This document shows, piece by piece, positions 18,169 through 28,102 of a DNA stretch of 62,571 bases. The DNA comes from an uncultured Clostridia bacterium (GTDB lineage: Bacteria; Bacillota; Clostridia; Oscillospirales; Acutalibacteraceae). The stretch is from NCBI GenBank assembly GCA_937912045.1, contig CALDPI010000235.1, forward strand, positions 1-62,571. The letters run 5' to 3'. The notes under the pieces were generated by a model. It saw only the letters and a program-made list of their open reading frames with translations. It made no database searches and had not been told where the DNA came from. The position numbers and the translations under genes were made by a program. Numbering within the stretch: the first letter of the stretch is position 1; every line of letters begins with the position of its first letter.

Positions 18169-19475
18169 TAGAAGGTCACCTTCTTTTCTAGTGTGAGCAA
18201 CGGGGATACCGTACTGCTGCCGTCGGCAAAGAAAGCCGTTACACGATAGGTTTCAAATTCGCCTGCATCGGCGTGGGCGCTGTGCAGAATATCGGGGAAT
18301 TCATCATATTCCTCCTGCTTGACCCTGTCAACCTCAACAAATCCGGCGGGGGTCTGACATTCAAGCAGATACTCTGTTGCACCGCGTGCGCCGAACCACT
18401 GAATGTTGTCGGTTGAATCGGTAATTACAAGACAAGGAACGTCCTTTTCGGTCACGCCCTTGCGTGCGTTTTCCACGTCTATACTGCGGAAACGGAGATA
18501 TGCGGCGGTTTTGCGCAGCTCACCCTCTTTATTGACGATGTGCATCTCGCCGCCACCGCCTGCCCAGCCGTAGCACCAATAAAATCCGCCTGCGACGCCG
18601 AATTTTTCAAAATTGGCGTAGTATTTTTTTAGTACCTCAATCTGCTCGTCGTCGGTCTTGTTTGCGTAATTACCAACGCCGTATTCACCCAGCATTAAGG
18701 GACGTTCAAGCAGCATCTCACGCGTATCGGCAAATGCACCTGCGTCGTTATAAATATCGCAGCCGTAAAAATCGACGTCCACGTCGCTATAGTAGCCGCC
18801 CAAAATTGTGCTGTGGCTCGAGCCTGACGAAACGGTTGTTGCAAAGCGTGGGTCAAACTCCTTAACCGCTTTTGCCACCTGATTTATAAAGCGTTTCATA
18901 GATTTCCACGCCATTCCGCGTGTAACATTCCAAATTGCGCCGTCCGCCTCCGGCTCGGCATATATGTCCACAAGCTCCACACCGTATTTGCGGCTAAGCT
19001 CCAAAATCGGATAGACATAATTTTTTATATACTTATCAGTTTCGGAGGGCACCTGCATAAAGCGTGTGTGCTTGTCATATTCAAACTTATTTCCTGTGAA
19101 TGAGCATTCACAATGGTCAAAGAGGCAAATGCTTATGTTAAGGTCAACGTCACGCGCAATCTGATAAAGTCTTTCAAGATTTTGCAAAAACAAAGGCTCT
19201 ACACCGATAACGGTGCCCTTTTCATCATAGAGCATTCCCTCAAACGCTTCATTAAGCCAGATTTTTGCCATTTCATAGCCCATCATTCTGGCGTTATAAA
19301 AGGTTTTTCTTATATATTTTTCATTAAAACAGCACTCGCCTGCGTTGTTTCCGTAAAAGGTGGTGCCGATATCGCGGCCATACCATTTTCCCTGGAACCA
19401 CGGAATGTAAATTCCGTTTACATAGCCGTTTTTTTCAAGCCTTTCGCTTATATAGGTTTTTGTATTATTTGCCAT
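18168..19475 (-). CDS. Cytoplasmic clan GH-A (GH5-like) TIM-barrel glycosidase
   Basis: Start trimmed to MANNTKTY (ATG 19475). No signal peptide. It is a paralogue of 40966..42960: compare KNGYVNGIYIPWF with KGYVNGIQQPWF, YAEPEADG with FVEPESNG, and MLGEYGV with VYGEFGI. Confidence 0.72.
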   Translation of the reverse strand: MANNTKTYISERLEKNGYVNGIYIPWFQGKWYGRDIGTTFYGNNAGECCFNEKYIRKTFYNARMMGYEMAKIWLNEAFEGMLYDEKGTVIGVEPLFLQNLERLYQIARDVDLNISICLFDHCECSFTGNKFEYDKHTRFMQVPSETDKYIKNYVYPILELSRKYGVELVDIYAEPEADGAIWNVTRGMAWKSMKRFINQVAKAVKEFDPRFATTVSSGSSHSTILGGYYSDVDVDFYGCDIYNDAGAFADTREMLLERPLMLGEYGVGNYANKTDDEQIEVLKKYYANFEKFGVAGGFYWCYGWAGGGGEMHIVNKEGELRKTAAYLRFRSIDVENARKGVTEKDVPCLVITDSTDNIQWFGARGATEYLLECQTPAGFVEVDRVKQEEYDEFPDILHSAHADAGEFETYRVTAFFADGSSTVSPLLTLEKKVTF

Positions 19476-19514
19476 AATATCACCTGTTTCTTTGCGGTAA
19501 ATTCGCTTTATAAA

Positions 19515-19542
19515 TATGTGACAGGGCGTATGCCCTGTCACA
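19515..19542 (-). other. Perfect 12-bp hairpin just downstream of the SBP gene
   Basis: atgtgacagggc-gtat-gccctgtcacat. On the minus strand it is followed by ATTTAT, so it could be an attenuator or an mRNA-stabilising 3' structure. Confidence 0.6.
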
Positions 19543-19556
19543 TACTTAAATGTTGC

Positions 19557-20978
19557 TTATTTAAAGCTGAAAGATTTCTTTTCTTTCTCGTAATCTCTGA
19601 TTGCACCGTCAACAACTGTTGTCCAGGATTTGATGGAGTTCTCCAAGCTCTTTGAAGGGTCGCTGAGCTCAGCATAGAGGGTCCAAACCTGATTGCCGAT
19701 AATGTCGGGTTCAACCGAGAAGTAGGTTTTGCCTGTAACAGCCTTCTTCCAGCGCTCTACCCACGCTTTGTTAGACTGTGAAATAGCCTTCATATTTGCC
19801 TGATAATATGCTCTCCAGTTGACAAGTGAATAGCCCAATTCAGGGTTCTTTGCCTTGCGCGGAACAATACCGAGTTGAACACCTATGGGCTGGTAGCTTG
19901 TTCCACCTGTGTATGACGGGAAGGGAACCCAATCCCATTCAAACTTGGCGTTCTTCCAGCTTTCATACTTGTCAACACGAACAGGGTACTGATCGTAAAC
20001 ATACATTGCAATATTGCCACCCGTCCAAGAGCCCTGGTCCTTGGTCATATAGTTGTTTTTGTTCAGTTTCTTAACGAATTCGTAAGAATCCTTCATTTCC
20101 TTGCTGTTTATTGTGTTTGTGAAGTTGCCGTTGTTAGGTTTAATAACAGAAGCACCTGCGGAAAGCGAGAATGCACCGTAACCGTCATACTTTGCACCCC
20201 ACTGAGTAACATTGCCGCTCTTGTCCTTAACGGTCAAAGCCTCTGCAAGCTCATAGAATGCATCCCAGGTCCACTTGCCCTCGTTATAGTAATCAAGCGG
20301 GGTCTTCTTAACCTTTGTAGAGCTTCCGAAAATCTTCTTATTGAAATATACAAATTTGGTACCGCCCCAAAAATGGTCGGTTATGCCGTAGTATTCGCCG
20401 TTGTACTTGCAGGCGTCCATAAGGTTATATGCAAGCCAGGTGTCCTTGCTCTTATCGATATACTTTGTAAGGGGCTGTGCCAATCTCTTGGTGATAAAGG
20501 ACGGGAAATAGTTGTTGGCATCGAACATTGTTGCATCAGGAGCGTCGTTTGCGGCAATAAGCGCAGTCAGCTTCTGGAACATAAGGGTTGCATCTGCAAC
20601 AGGAATGTATTTGATTTTTGCACCTGTCTGCTTCTCATACTCATCGTAAATCTGCTTCTCCCACGGTTCCGGCGTGTACCAAAGCAACAGCTTTACGGTC
20701 TTGCCCGAATAGTCAACGTCGAAACGGCCTGCCGTTTCCTTGTTGTCAACAACGTTACCGGGCTGGGTTACCTTGCTGGAGGTATCCTTTTTGGACGTTG
20801 TGTCCTTTTTGGAGGAAGCGTCCTTGTCGGTATCGGTATCTTCCTTGCTTACCGTTTCGGTAATGAAAGACTCAACATAGTATTCGCTTCCGTCCTCTCC
20901 GCCTGTGGTGATTGAGCAGGCTGTGAGGCCCAGCACCATCAAAAGACAGAGAACCAAAGAAAGAGTTCTTTTTAACAT
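19557..20978 (-). CDS. ABC transporter sugar-binding lipoprotein (family 1 SBP)
   Basis: Lipobox LGLTAC. A Ser/Thr/Asp/Lys-rich linker is followed by an SBP_bac_1-like body. AAAGGAGA SD. Confidence 0.9.
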   Translation of the reverse strand: MLKRTLSLVLCLLMVLGLTACSITTGGEDGSEYYVESFITETVSKEDTDTDKDASSKKDTTSKKDTSSKVTQPGNVVDNKETAGRFDVDYSGKTVKLLLWYTPEPWEKQIYDEYEKQTGAKIKYIPVADATLMFQKLTALIAANDAPDATMFDANNYFPSFITKRLAQPLTKYIDKSKDTWLAYNLMDACKYNGEYYGITDHFWGGTKFVYFNKKIFGSSTKVKKTPLDYYNEGKWTWDAFYELAEALTVKDKSGNVTQWGAKYDGYGAFSLSAGASVIKPNNGNFTNTINSKEMKDSYEFVKKLNKNNYMTKDQGSWTGGNIAMYVYDQYPVRVDKYESWKNAKFEWDWVPFPSYTGGTSYQPIGVQLGIVPRKAKNPELGYSLVNWRAYYQANMKAISQSNKAWVERWKKAVTGKTYFSVEPDIIGNQVWTLYAELSDPSKSLENSIKSWTTVVDGAIRDYEKEKKSFSFK

Positions 20979-21011
20979 AATGCGTTTCTCCTTTTCATTT
21001 TTATTAAATCA

Positions 21012-21887
21012 CTATCCGACCAGGCCGGAGTGTTCAATACCCTGAATGAAGTATTTCTGCAGTGCCGCGTACATAACTATCATCGGCGTGAGGAAGAGCA
21101 TAACACCCGCCATAAGTTGATTTCTTATGGTGGCAATGCCCGTTGATGCCTGTGAAAGCGTCGATTTCAAGGTTGATAGCAGGGTTGAAAGCGGCGACAG
21201 TTCATCGAAGAACATTGTCGGGATGAGGGTTTCGTTCCAGTACCACACGATTGAAAGTATGGCAACAACCAGGAATGAAACCGCCGACGACGGAACAACA
21301 ATCTTCCAATAGGTCTTAAAGGTGCCGCAGCCGTCGATATATGCTGCTTCTTCAAGCTCTTTGGGCAGGTTTTTAACAAACTGCCTGAATATGTATATCA
21401 TAAGTCCTGAACGGACGCCCTGACCCAAAACCGCAGGCAAGAAATACGTAAAGACCGAATCAAGCAGTCCCATACCCTTAAATATTGCATACTGCTGTAC
21501 TATAAGCATCTGCGGCGGTACGATGATTGTAACAATTACAAGGAAAAACAGGAGGTTTTGTCCGCGGAATTTAAACCTTGCAAGTCCGTACGCTGCCAAG
21601 GAGCAACTGAATATTTGGAAAAGCACGCTCATACATACGAGGAAGACGGTGAACAAGAAGTTAGTTCCGTACTCCATTGTGTTCCAAACTGTAACATAGT
21701 TGCTGAAGGTCACCATCTTTGGCACCCACACGACCGAGGGGTCCAGAAGCTGGTCGTTTGTCATAAGACTTGTGCTTACAGCGTAGATAACCGGGAACAA
21801 AATAATATAAATTATTCCGATTAAGAATGCCCAGCGCACAATGCTTGCCAAAACGGAGCGAACTATATTTGCTGTTTTATTATTCAA
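21012..21887 (-). CDS. Carbohydrate ABC transporter permease
   Basis: 6 TM. The EAA loop LPKELEEAAYIDGCGTFKTYWKIVVP is present. Confidence 0.92.
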   Translation of the reverse strand: MNNKTANIVRSVLASIVRWAFLIGIIYIILFPVIYAVSTSLMTNDQLLDPSVVWVPKMVTFSNYVTVWNTMEYGTNFLFTVFLVCMSVLFQIFSCSLAAYGLARFKFRGQNLLFFLVIVTIIVPPQMLIVQQYAIFKGMGLLDSVFTYFLPAVLGQGVRSGLMIYIFRQFVKNLPKELEEAAYIDGCGTFKTYWKIVVPSSAVSFLVVAILSIVWYWNETLIPTMFFDELSPLSTLLSTLKSTLSQASTGIATIRNQLMAGVMLFLTPMIVMYAALQKYFIQGIEHSGLVG

Positions 21888-21899
21888 TTTGTTCCCTCC

Positions 21900-22841
21900 C
21901 TACATTGCTGCGCGCTTAAGCGGTTTTCTGAATATGAACAGGATTGCACCGATAACGACACCCAAAATTACGAAATAGCTCCACATTATTGCAGATGATT
22001 TGTTATAGTTGCTTTCCTGAATCAAGGTGTATGCCTGTTGCATAACCTGGTTGTTATTGGACGTGAACAGGTCGATACAGGTGTATACAACGTTGAGTAC
22101 GATAACGTTTGCCATCATCGGAACGGTGACGTACCAAAAGGTTTCCCAGCCTGTTGCACCCTCGACCTTTGCAACCTCATAATACTGTGCCGAAATGGAC
22201 TGCAGACCTGCAAGGAACAGAATCGTCTGCACGCCCGAGCTCCACACAAGGTTGAAGATGGACGAAATGTACTCATTAAGCTGTTTGACCAGTGCTGCAG
22301 GAAGACCTACGTTTTCCAGCATTGTGGAAAAACTGAAGGAATTGTAAAGTCCGCCGCTCGAACCACCGCCCGACTCGAGAAGTGCCTGCGCGTTGGAGTC
22401 GCCGTTTAAATAGGTGAGCACAACGCCGCTGGCAATTATAACGGGCAGGAAGAATATTGCTCTGACTATAAGTCTGCCACGGAAATTCTGATTAAGAACG
22501 ATTGCGAACACAAAGCTCAAAAACAGAATGATGGGCAAAGAATAGAAAAAGTCAACAATCGAGTCAAAAAGGTTGGTGGTGAATTTTGTATCCACCGTCC
22601 AGATTTCCTTAAAAAATTCTATTCCCGAGAAACGAGTGGCAAAATAATTTATAATCGTTCCATCATGTTCGTCAAGTGGGTTTGCGTTTGAAAAGGCGTA
22701 CCAGATTGACTGCAGCGCGGGATATAAGAAGAATACAAGAAAGCCCACAACCCACGGGATTGTAAACACGAAGCCCTGACGGGCGCGGCGCTTCTCCATC
22801 GAGGCGGGGAGTTTTGATTTGCTGAATATTGTGTTTTTCAT
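21900..22841 (-). CDS. Sugar ABC transporter permease
   Basis: Polytopic, with the loop ISAQYYEVAKVEGATGWETFWYVTVP. Confidence 0.92.
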   Translation of the reverse strand: MKNTIFSKSKLPASMEKRRARQGFVFTIPWVVGFLVFFLYPALQSIWYAFSNANPLDEHDGTIINYFATRFSGIEFFKEIWTVDTKFTTNLFDSIVDFFYSLPIILFLSFVFAIVLNQNFRGRLIVRAIFFLPVIIASGVVLTYLNGDSNAQALLESGGGSSGGLYNSFSFSTMLENVGLPAALVKQLNEYISSIFNLVWSSGVQTILFLAGLQSISAQYYEVAKVEGATGWETFWYVTVPMMANVIVLNVVYTCIDLFTSNNNQVMQQAYTLIQESNYNKSSAIMWSYFVILGVVIGAILFIFRKPLKRAAM

Positions 22842-22854
22842 ATAAACCTACTCC

Positions 22855-25062
22855 CTATCTCTTAATTATAAAGTCGTTTGCGCCGACACTGACGTTATCA
22901 GAATTATAGTCGACCTCACCACAGTTAATGGTGATTTCCACTCCATTGCTGAAGGTTGTTTTATAAACGTCGTCTGCGAGGACCGAGAAGCCGCTTATCG
23001 TTGCGCCCTGCGTTGCCTCGATAGCTTCTTTACCTCTTGCGACTGTTTTTGCCAAGGTTCCCTTGCGGTCAGAATAGCTGCCTGCCGCAAGTGAATCGAA
23101 TATGGATGCCGAATACTCGCTGGTTTCTGTGCCGCAAACGGTGAAGCAAAGGCCCGAACCGAGTGCCACAGAACGCAGGAATTCATCTGCTTCATTATCC
23201 GACAAGGTGAGCGATGCACCCGACATTGCCTTATAGCCCTTAAATACTATATGGTAGAAGGGCAGCCATTCGTCCTCAACCGAGAAGCCACTGCTGTTTG
23301 TGGGCGAATTAATAATATAATCCGCGCTTACTGCGGCAAAGCTGTTTGCAGAGTCGAGCATAAGCTCTGTACCGTTTTTGCTCAGTACACCTGTTGCTTT
23401 TGTAACGTTTTCCGCAAACTGAAGGGCAACGTAGTTTTCTTCCCTACGATAATCACCATAGCAAATGTTACCGAGTGTGCTGAGCGATACGCCGCCCCAA
23501 CCACTCTTGCTTATGGTTTTCTCAAGCTTTTCTGCCGCTTCCTTAAAGAAATTGGGTGCGAGCAGATAATACTCGTATGCGTTTTTCATAGTTCCGCCCG
23601 TAGAAACCGAGTAGAAATACTGTGACGCCTTAAGCGAGGTTGTTGAGGTTGCTGCGTCGGTATTAACCTTAAATCCGTTAGACGATTTTGTGAAACGGAC
23701 AAGGTCAAAATCGGGGAAAAGCTTTGCGCCGTTTTCTTCTGCGGTGTTAATAAGTGCAGAAATCGCCTTTTTATTACCAAGCTTGCCCTCAGTTTTAAAG
23801 CCGCCTGCAATCTTTGTGGCATCAAGTCCGCCGTTTTGAACACCGGTGAGTCTTACAGCCAATGAAGCGCCTGTTTGCTTTGCCACGTCAGCCACAATTT
23901 CTGCCGCCTGTGCATATGTGGTAATGGGCTTTATAACCTTTTTGGGAATACCAAAGAAGAATTCGCGCTTTGAGGCAGCCATTGGCAAATCAAGATAGAC
24001 TGTGCTTTCTTTTTCTGCCTTTTCGAGTCCTTTTTCTTCTATAAGATATTCTCTATAAACGTCAGCCGTCTTGAAGAAATCTGTATCTGCGCCGTCCAAA
24101 ATCATTATGCGCTGACCAATTTCACCCGTTGCTGCGTTTTTGCTGAACTGGTTACCTATCATAACGCTGCCCCAGCCCTGCGGCAGAGCGATTGCCTCTG
24201 CGCCGCGAATGGCAAAGGTGGTGTATGCATAGGAGAAGCCAAGGTCCAAATCACCTGCGGTGGCGACGATTTCTGCACATTCCTCACCCCTGTCGATGAT
24301 TGTGCAATAGGTCTGCTCCGCATCACTTACCGCATACACGGGAAGCTTGACATCCTCTGTATCGGTAAATCTGTACTGTGTGGTCGAGGCTTTATCCTCG
24401 CCGTATACATAACCCTTATAGGTGCGCATGGCACGGTCTGTATCACAGTACATTACCATACCGCTGCCGTCGGGCATAAACATCTCGTTTTCTTTTTTGT
24501 TCTCAACCGATGAGGCATAAGGCAGAACCGAGATTTTATAAATCTGGTGCTGGCTTTCATATATGCTGTCAAGGTCAATTTTTACATCGAGATATCCGTT
24601 AATCAAACGGTATTCAACCGGAATTGCCACGCACTGCTCGTCAAAGCAGTAAAGCAATCTGATGCCGTTTTCTATTTTATATGAATATGTTCTTCCGTAT
24701 TCATATGCACCTGTGTAGGAGGTGACGGTGTTAAGACCCTTGTCATTTATGCCCTTGCTCTCGATTATGAGCGTGGACTCGAGGTAGCTTTTAACGCCGC
24801 CCTCATACAAATTGCCGAGGTACTGCTCTTTCGGCATACTTGACCATACAAGCGTGTCGCCCTTATATATAAGCAACGCCATACGGTCGGCATCCCAATC
24901 GAGTCTGAGTTCACCGTCCTGTGCGACGGTGCCGCTCGCGGCATAGTTTTCGGTGGTTTTAACGGGTTTGCCCTCTGCATTTTCAGTTACAATGCCGCAA
25001 CCCGATAAGACTGTAATTAGCTGAATCAGACAAAGAATCAGACATATTAATTTTTTTCGCAT
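22855..25062 (-). CDS. Large lipoprotein of unknown function (DUF5696-like by recollection)
   Basis: Lipobox VLSGCG and AGGAGG SD. 735 aa with no motif I can assign. The DUF5696 label comes from memory of similar loci and is unverified. Confidence 0.55.
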   Translation of the reverse strand: MRKKLICLILCLIQLITVLSGCGIVTENAEGKPVKTTENYAASGTVAQDGELRLDWDADRMALLIYKGDTLVWSSMPKEQYLGNLYEGGVKSYLESTLIIESKGINDKGLNTVTSYTGAYEYGRTYSYKIENGIRLLYCFDEQCVAIPVEYRLINGYLDVKIDLDSIYESQHQIYKISVLPYASSVENKKENEMFMPDGSGMVMYCDTDRAMRTYKGYVYGEDKASTTQYRFTDTEDVKLPVYAVSDAEQTYCTIIDRGEECAEIVATAGDLDLGFSYAYTTFAIRGAEAIALPQGWGSVMIGNQFSKNAATGEIGQRIMILDGADTDFFKTADVYREYLIEEKGLEKAEKESTVYLDLPMAASKREFFFGIPKKVIKPITTYAQAAEIVADVAKQTGASLAVRLTGVQNGGLDATKIAGGFKTEGKLGNKKAISALINTAEENGAKLFPDFDLVRFTKSSNGFKVNTDAATSTTSLKASQYFYSVSTGGTMKNAYEYYLLAPNFFKEAAEKLEKTISKSGWGGVSLSTLGNICYGDYRREENYVALQFAENVTKATGVLSKNGTELMLDSANSFAAVSADYIINSPTNSSGFSVEDEWLPFYHIVFKGYKAMSGASLTLSDNEADEFLRSVALGSGLCFTVCGTETSEYSASIFDSLAAGSYSDRKGTLAKTVARGKEAIEATQGATISGFSVLADDVYKTTFSNGVEITINCGEVDYNSDNVSVGANDFIIKR

Positions 25063-25078
25063 CTTTGACCTCCTGCAG

Positions 25079-27193
25079 CTAATTATTTCTATAAACTACT
25101 TCGTTATAAACCGAGCGAATAAACTCTATAACATCCTGGAAAAGTGTGAGCACAAGCAAAATGAGGAATGCGCAAAGAATCATTCCCACGATTGTGACCA
25201 GACTCATTCCGAGTGCACGGAAGAAGCTGTAATCGTGTATGATTGTGAGCTCTACAAGCAACACCACAATGGTGATTAACCAGCAGATTGCCTGTGCGCC
25301 TGAGAGAATCGCCTGCTCGCTATATACAAGAACGTGCGATGCTACAATGAAGAATGCGCTGTATATAATCTGCGGAATGAGGGCAAAGCCCGTTACAATC
25401 ACAATCTCCTTAAAGGTACCCTTGCCTTCAAACAGGGTGCAAAGGCCCCAGTTTACAACACACCACAAGGCTGCAATTCCGACCGTGGTGATAAACACCA
25501 TTGCCGAATTGTACTTGTCGGGGTCGAAGTTTGTATACATGAATCCGCCCCAGGTGGTTTCAAGCACCTTGCCGATGAACATAAGCAGCATTATGCCAAC
25601 GGATATCAGCACGTAAATATTAAGCTGCTTGGATTTCTGCTTGCGAAGTGCCCTCATTTTAAGCGAGGTCTGAATCGGACGCCAGGGTGCCAAAAGCGCC
25701 GTCATGGCGATGCCGGGCTCACGCTTTTCACGCGGGTGCTTCTTGCGCCAGATGAGATATGCAATTATTCCTGCAACCGCCAGAATTGCAACAATAAAGA
25801 TAATTGCAAAGTTATCGGCAAGCAGATTAAGTCTTACCTGCTCAAACGCACGCTCGTAAATGTCACGCTCGTAACCGAGTTCTGCATATTTGAGGGCGTT
25901 TTCATAATCCTCAACCGCGATATAATAGTTGGCTATACCAACGTACGCCATCTGGTTGTAGCCGTCCTGCTCCTTAACCTGAAGCCAGAGCGGATATGCG
26001 CCTTCAAAATCGCCGTCCTCTGTTTTTGCCATTGCCGAAAACAGAAGCTCACCAAAATCTGTAAGGCCGAAGACCGTAACGCTGTTGGTGGTTGAGTCAA
26101 CAACAAGCACTTCCTGTCCGTTAATGGCAATTTCTGCGGCATTCTGGAAGGTGCCGACCTGCTCGCCCAAGCCCTTGCCGCCGCCAAATGCTGTAACAAG
26201 GTTGCAGGTTTCATCATAGACAAAAACTCTGCCATAGGTCGAATCAAGTCCGTATATATAGCCGTTGTCATCAACCGCGATAGCAACAAAATGCTCGGTT
26301 GCGGAATGCTTATCAATAAGTGTTATGGATTCACCGTTGCCGAAGGCAAAGTTATCAGCCGATTCACCGTCGCGGTTAAGAATGTTTATTCCCGAATAGC
26401 TGAGCTTTCTAAGCTGACCCTTGCCACTTTCGGAGTTTGCCGTTGCGGTATAAATAAAGCCGCCTTTTTCATAAATATCGTCAAACTCATATGGAAGCTC
26501 ACGCAGAGAATATTCATACTGCGCATCGGTTTTAAGTGTATTAACAAAGAAATTCTTTATTGCATCAAGCACCGTTGCAGAGGTCAGGTTTGCGCCGAAA
26601 AAGCCGCAAAACTCATACTTAGAATTAAATACGAGCGCGCCATAAATACCACCCTCACAGAGAACAAATATAAATCCGTCCTCATCCTCTACTACCTTTG
26701 TCGGCTTAAACTCCATATCATCGGGAACGATGGCCGAATCGGGCTTTGTTATTATCTTGCTGACTGTGCCCGCGGCATTTATAACGACAACATACTCATT
26801 GGTGCTGTCGGCTATGTATATCGTACCTTCAGCTGTGACAAAAAGTCCGTTTGCACTTGAAAGGTCAAGTGCCTCTTCCCCGTTTGCAATATGGTCGATA
26901 ACGCGAATAAATTTATAGTTCTTATCAAGCACGACAATGCGGGAATTTCCGCTGTCAAGCAGGTAGATATAGTCGCCGCAAACGCATATATCGTTTATTG
27001 CGTTGAATGCGCCTATGCCTAAATCCTGTCCTTCTAAATATAGCTTGCTTGCAAAGACATCCTTCTGCTGTACGAGAACGGTCTTACCCTGACCGTTTCT
27101 CTCCTGAAATGATGCAGCGCTTGCGCTGAAGCCCGCTGTCATAATGAGGACGGTCAGAGTGATGCAAACTATCGTTTTAAATAATTTTTTCAT
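25079..27193 (-). CDS. NHL-repeat beta-propeller / TPR / Yip1-domain multi-pass membrane fusion protein
   Basis: Signal peptide, then repeated NHL-like blades (YIYLLDSGNSRIVVLD, TIYIADSTNEYVVVIN, YIYGLDSTYGRVFVYD, VLVVDSTTNSVTVFG). A TPR-like helix pair and one TM follow. The C-terminal ~230 aa has 5 TM and is Yip1-like. Confidence 0.7.
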   Translation of the reverse strand: MKKLFKTIVCITLTVLIMTAGFSASAASFQERNGQGKTVLVQQKDVFASKLYLEGQDLGIGAFNAINDICVCGDYIYLLDSGNSRIVVLDKNYKFIRVIDHIANGEEALDLSSANGLFVTAEGTIYIADSTNEYVVVINAAGTVSKIITKPDSAIVPDDMEFKPTKVVEDEDGFIFVLCEGGIYGALVFNSKYEFCGFFGANLTSATVLDAIKNFFVNTLKTDAQYEYSLRELPYEFDDIYEKGGFIYTATANSESGKGQLRKLSYSGINILNRDGESADNFAFGNGESITLIDKHSATEHFVAIAVDDNGYIYGLDSTYGRVFVYDETCNLVTAFGGGKGLGEQVGTFQNAAEIAINGQEVLVVDSTTNSVTVFGLTDFGELLFSAMAKTEDGDFEGAYPLWLQVKEQDGYNQMAYVGIANYYIAVEDYENALKYAELGYERDIYERAFEQVRLNLLADNFAIIFIVAILAVAGIIAYLIWRKKHPREKREPGIAMTALLAPWRPIQTSLKMRALRKQKSKQLNIYVLISVGIMLLMFIGKVLETTWGGFMYTNFDPDKYNSAMVFITTVGIAALWCVVNWGLCTLFEGKGTFKEIVIVTGFALIPQIIYSAFFIVASHVLVYSEQAILSGAQAICWLITIVVLLVELTIIHDYSFFRALGMSLVTIVGMILCAFLILLVLTLFQDVIEFIRSVYNEVVYRNN

Positions 27194-27206
27194 TTACAAG
27201 ACTCTC

Positions 27207-28067
27207 CTATCCCTTAATGCCCGAGCTGCTCATTGTCTTGGTAACACTCGACTGAGAAATGAGATAAACAGTTGTCGGGAACAGAAGCATTATAACCGAT
27301 GCCGCCATTGTACTGCCCTGACGGGTAATACCAGCGGAAGAAATCTGCTCTATAATATTGGGAAGCAACTTTATGTCCTCGTCGAAAATCATTGAAGACG
27401 AGCTCGTTGCCCATAAATCTCTGAACGCGAACAAAACGAGTGTCAGCACGGCAGGACGAATAAGCGGCAGTGCAATCTTGAAATAGATTGTGAAGCAGTT
27501 TGCGCCGTCGATTTTAGCTGCCTCCATCAAAACGTCGGGAATACTGCTGTCCATATACTGTTTAAGCAGGAAAACACCGAGTGTTGACGGTATGTAGGGC
27601 AAAATATATACGAGATAAGTGTTAAGAATCTTAAGCTCTGACATAATTACATACTGCGGAATTGCAAGTGTGTAGGTATTGAAAAGCAGAGCCATCTGAA
27701 CGAGTGCAAAAATGAGTGTATATGCCTTGTGGTGATATTTTGAAAGCGTAAATGCCGCCATGGAGGCAACAAAGACGTGCAGCATTGTCGTAACAACGCT
27801 GACGAAAACGCTGTTGATGATATATCTTGAAAACGGAACCCACTCGGTCGATAACAACTGCGGTAACGCCAGATAGTTTTCAACTGTTGGCGACACAACG
27901 TAAAACTTTGGTGGGAATGCCATGATTTCATCCAAAGGCTTTAATGATGTAACAATAAGATATACAAGCGGCAAAAGCATGAATGCGCCGAACACCGTCA
28001 AAAATATTGCAATGACTGCGGTGCCGAACTTTGAACGCGTATATCTTTTTACCTGATTACGTGCCAT
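27207..28067 (-). CDS. Carbohydrate ABC transporter permease
   Basis: Polytopic, with the EAA loop IPDVLMEAAKIDGANCFTIYFKIALP. Confidence 0.92.
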   Translation of the reverse strand: MARNQVKRYTRSKFGTAVIAIFLTVFGAFMLLPLVYLIVTSLKPLDEIMAFPPKFYVVSPTVENYLALPQLLSTEWVPFSRYIINSVFVSVVTTMLHVFVASMAAFTLSKYHHKAYTLIFALVQMALLFNTYTLAIPQYVIMSELKILNTYLVYILPYIPSTLGVFLLKQYMDSSIPDVLMEAAKIDGANCFTIYFKIALPLIRPAVLTLVLFAFRDLWATSSSSMIFDEDIKLLPNIIEQISSAGITRQGSTMAASVIMLLFPTTVYLISQSSVTKTMSSSGIKG

Positions 28068-28102
28068 AAGTGTTAAACCTTTCCCTTCAATTAATCCAAT
28101 TA

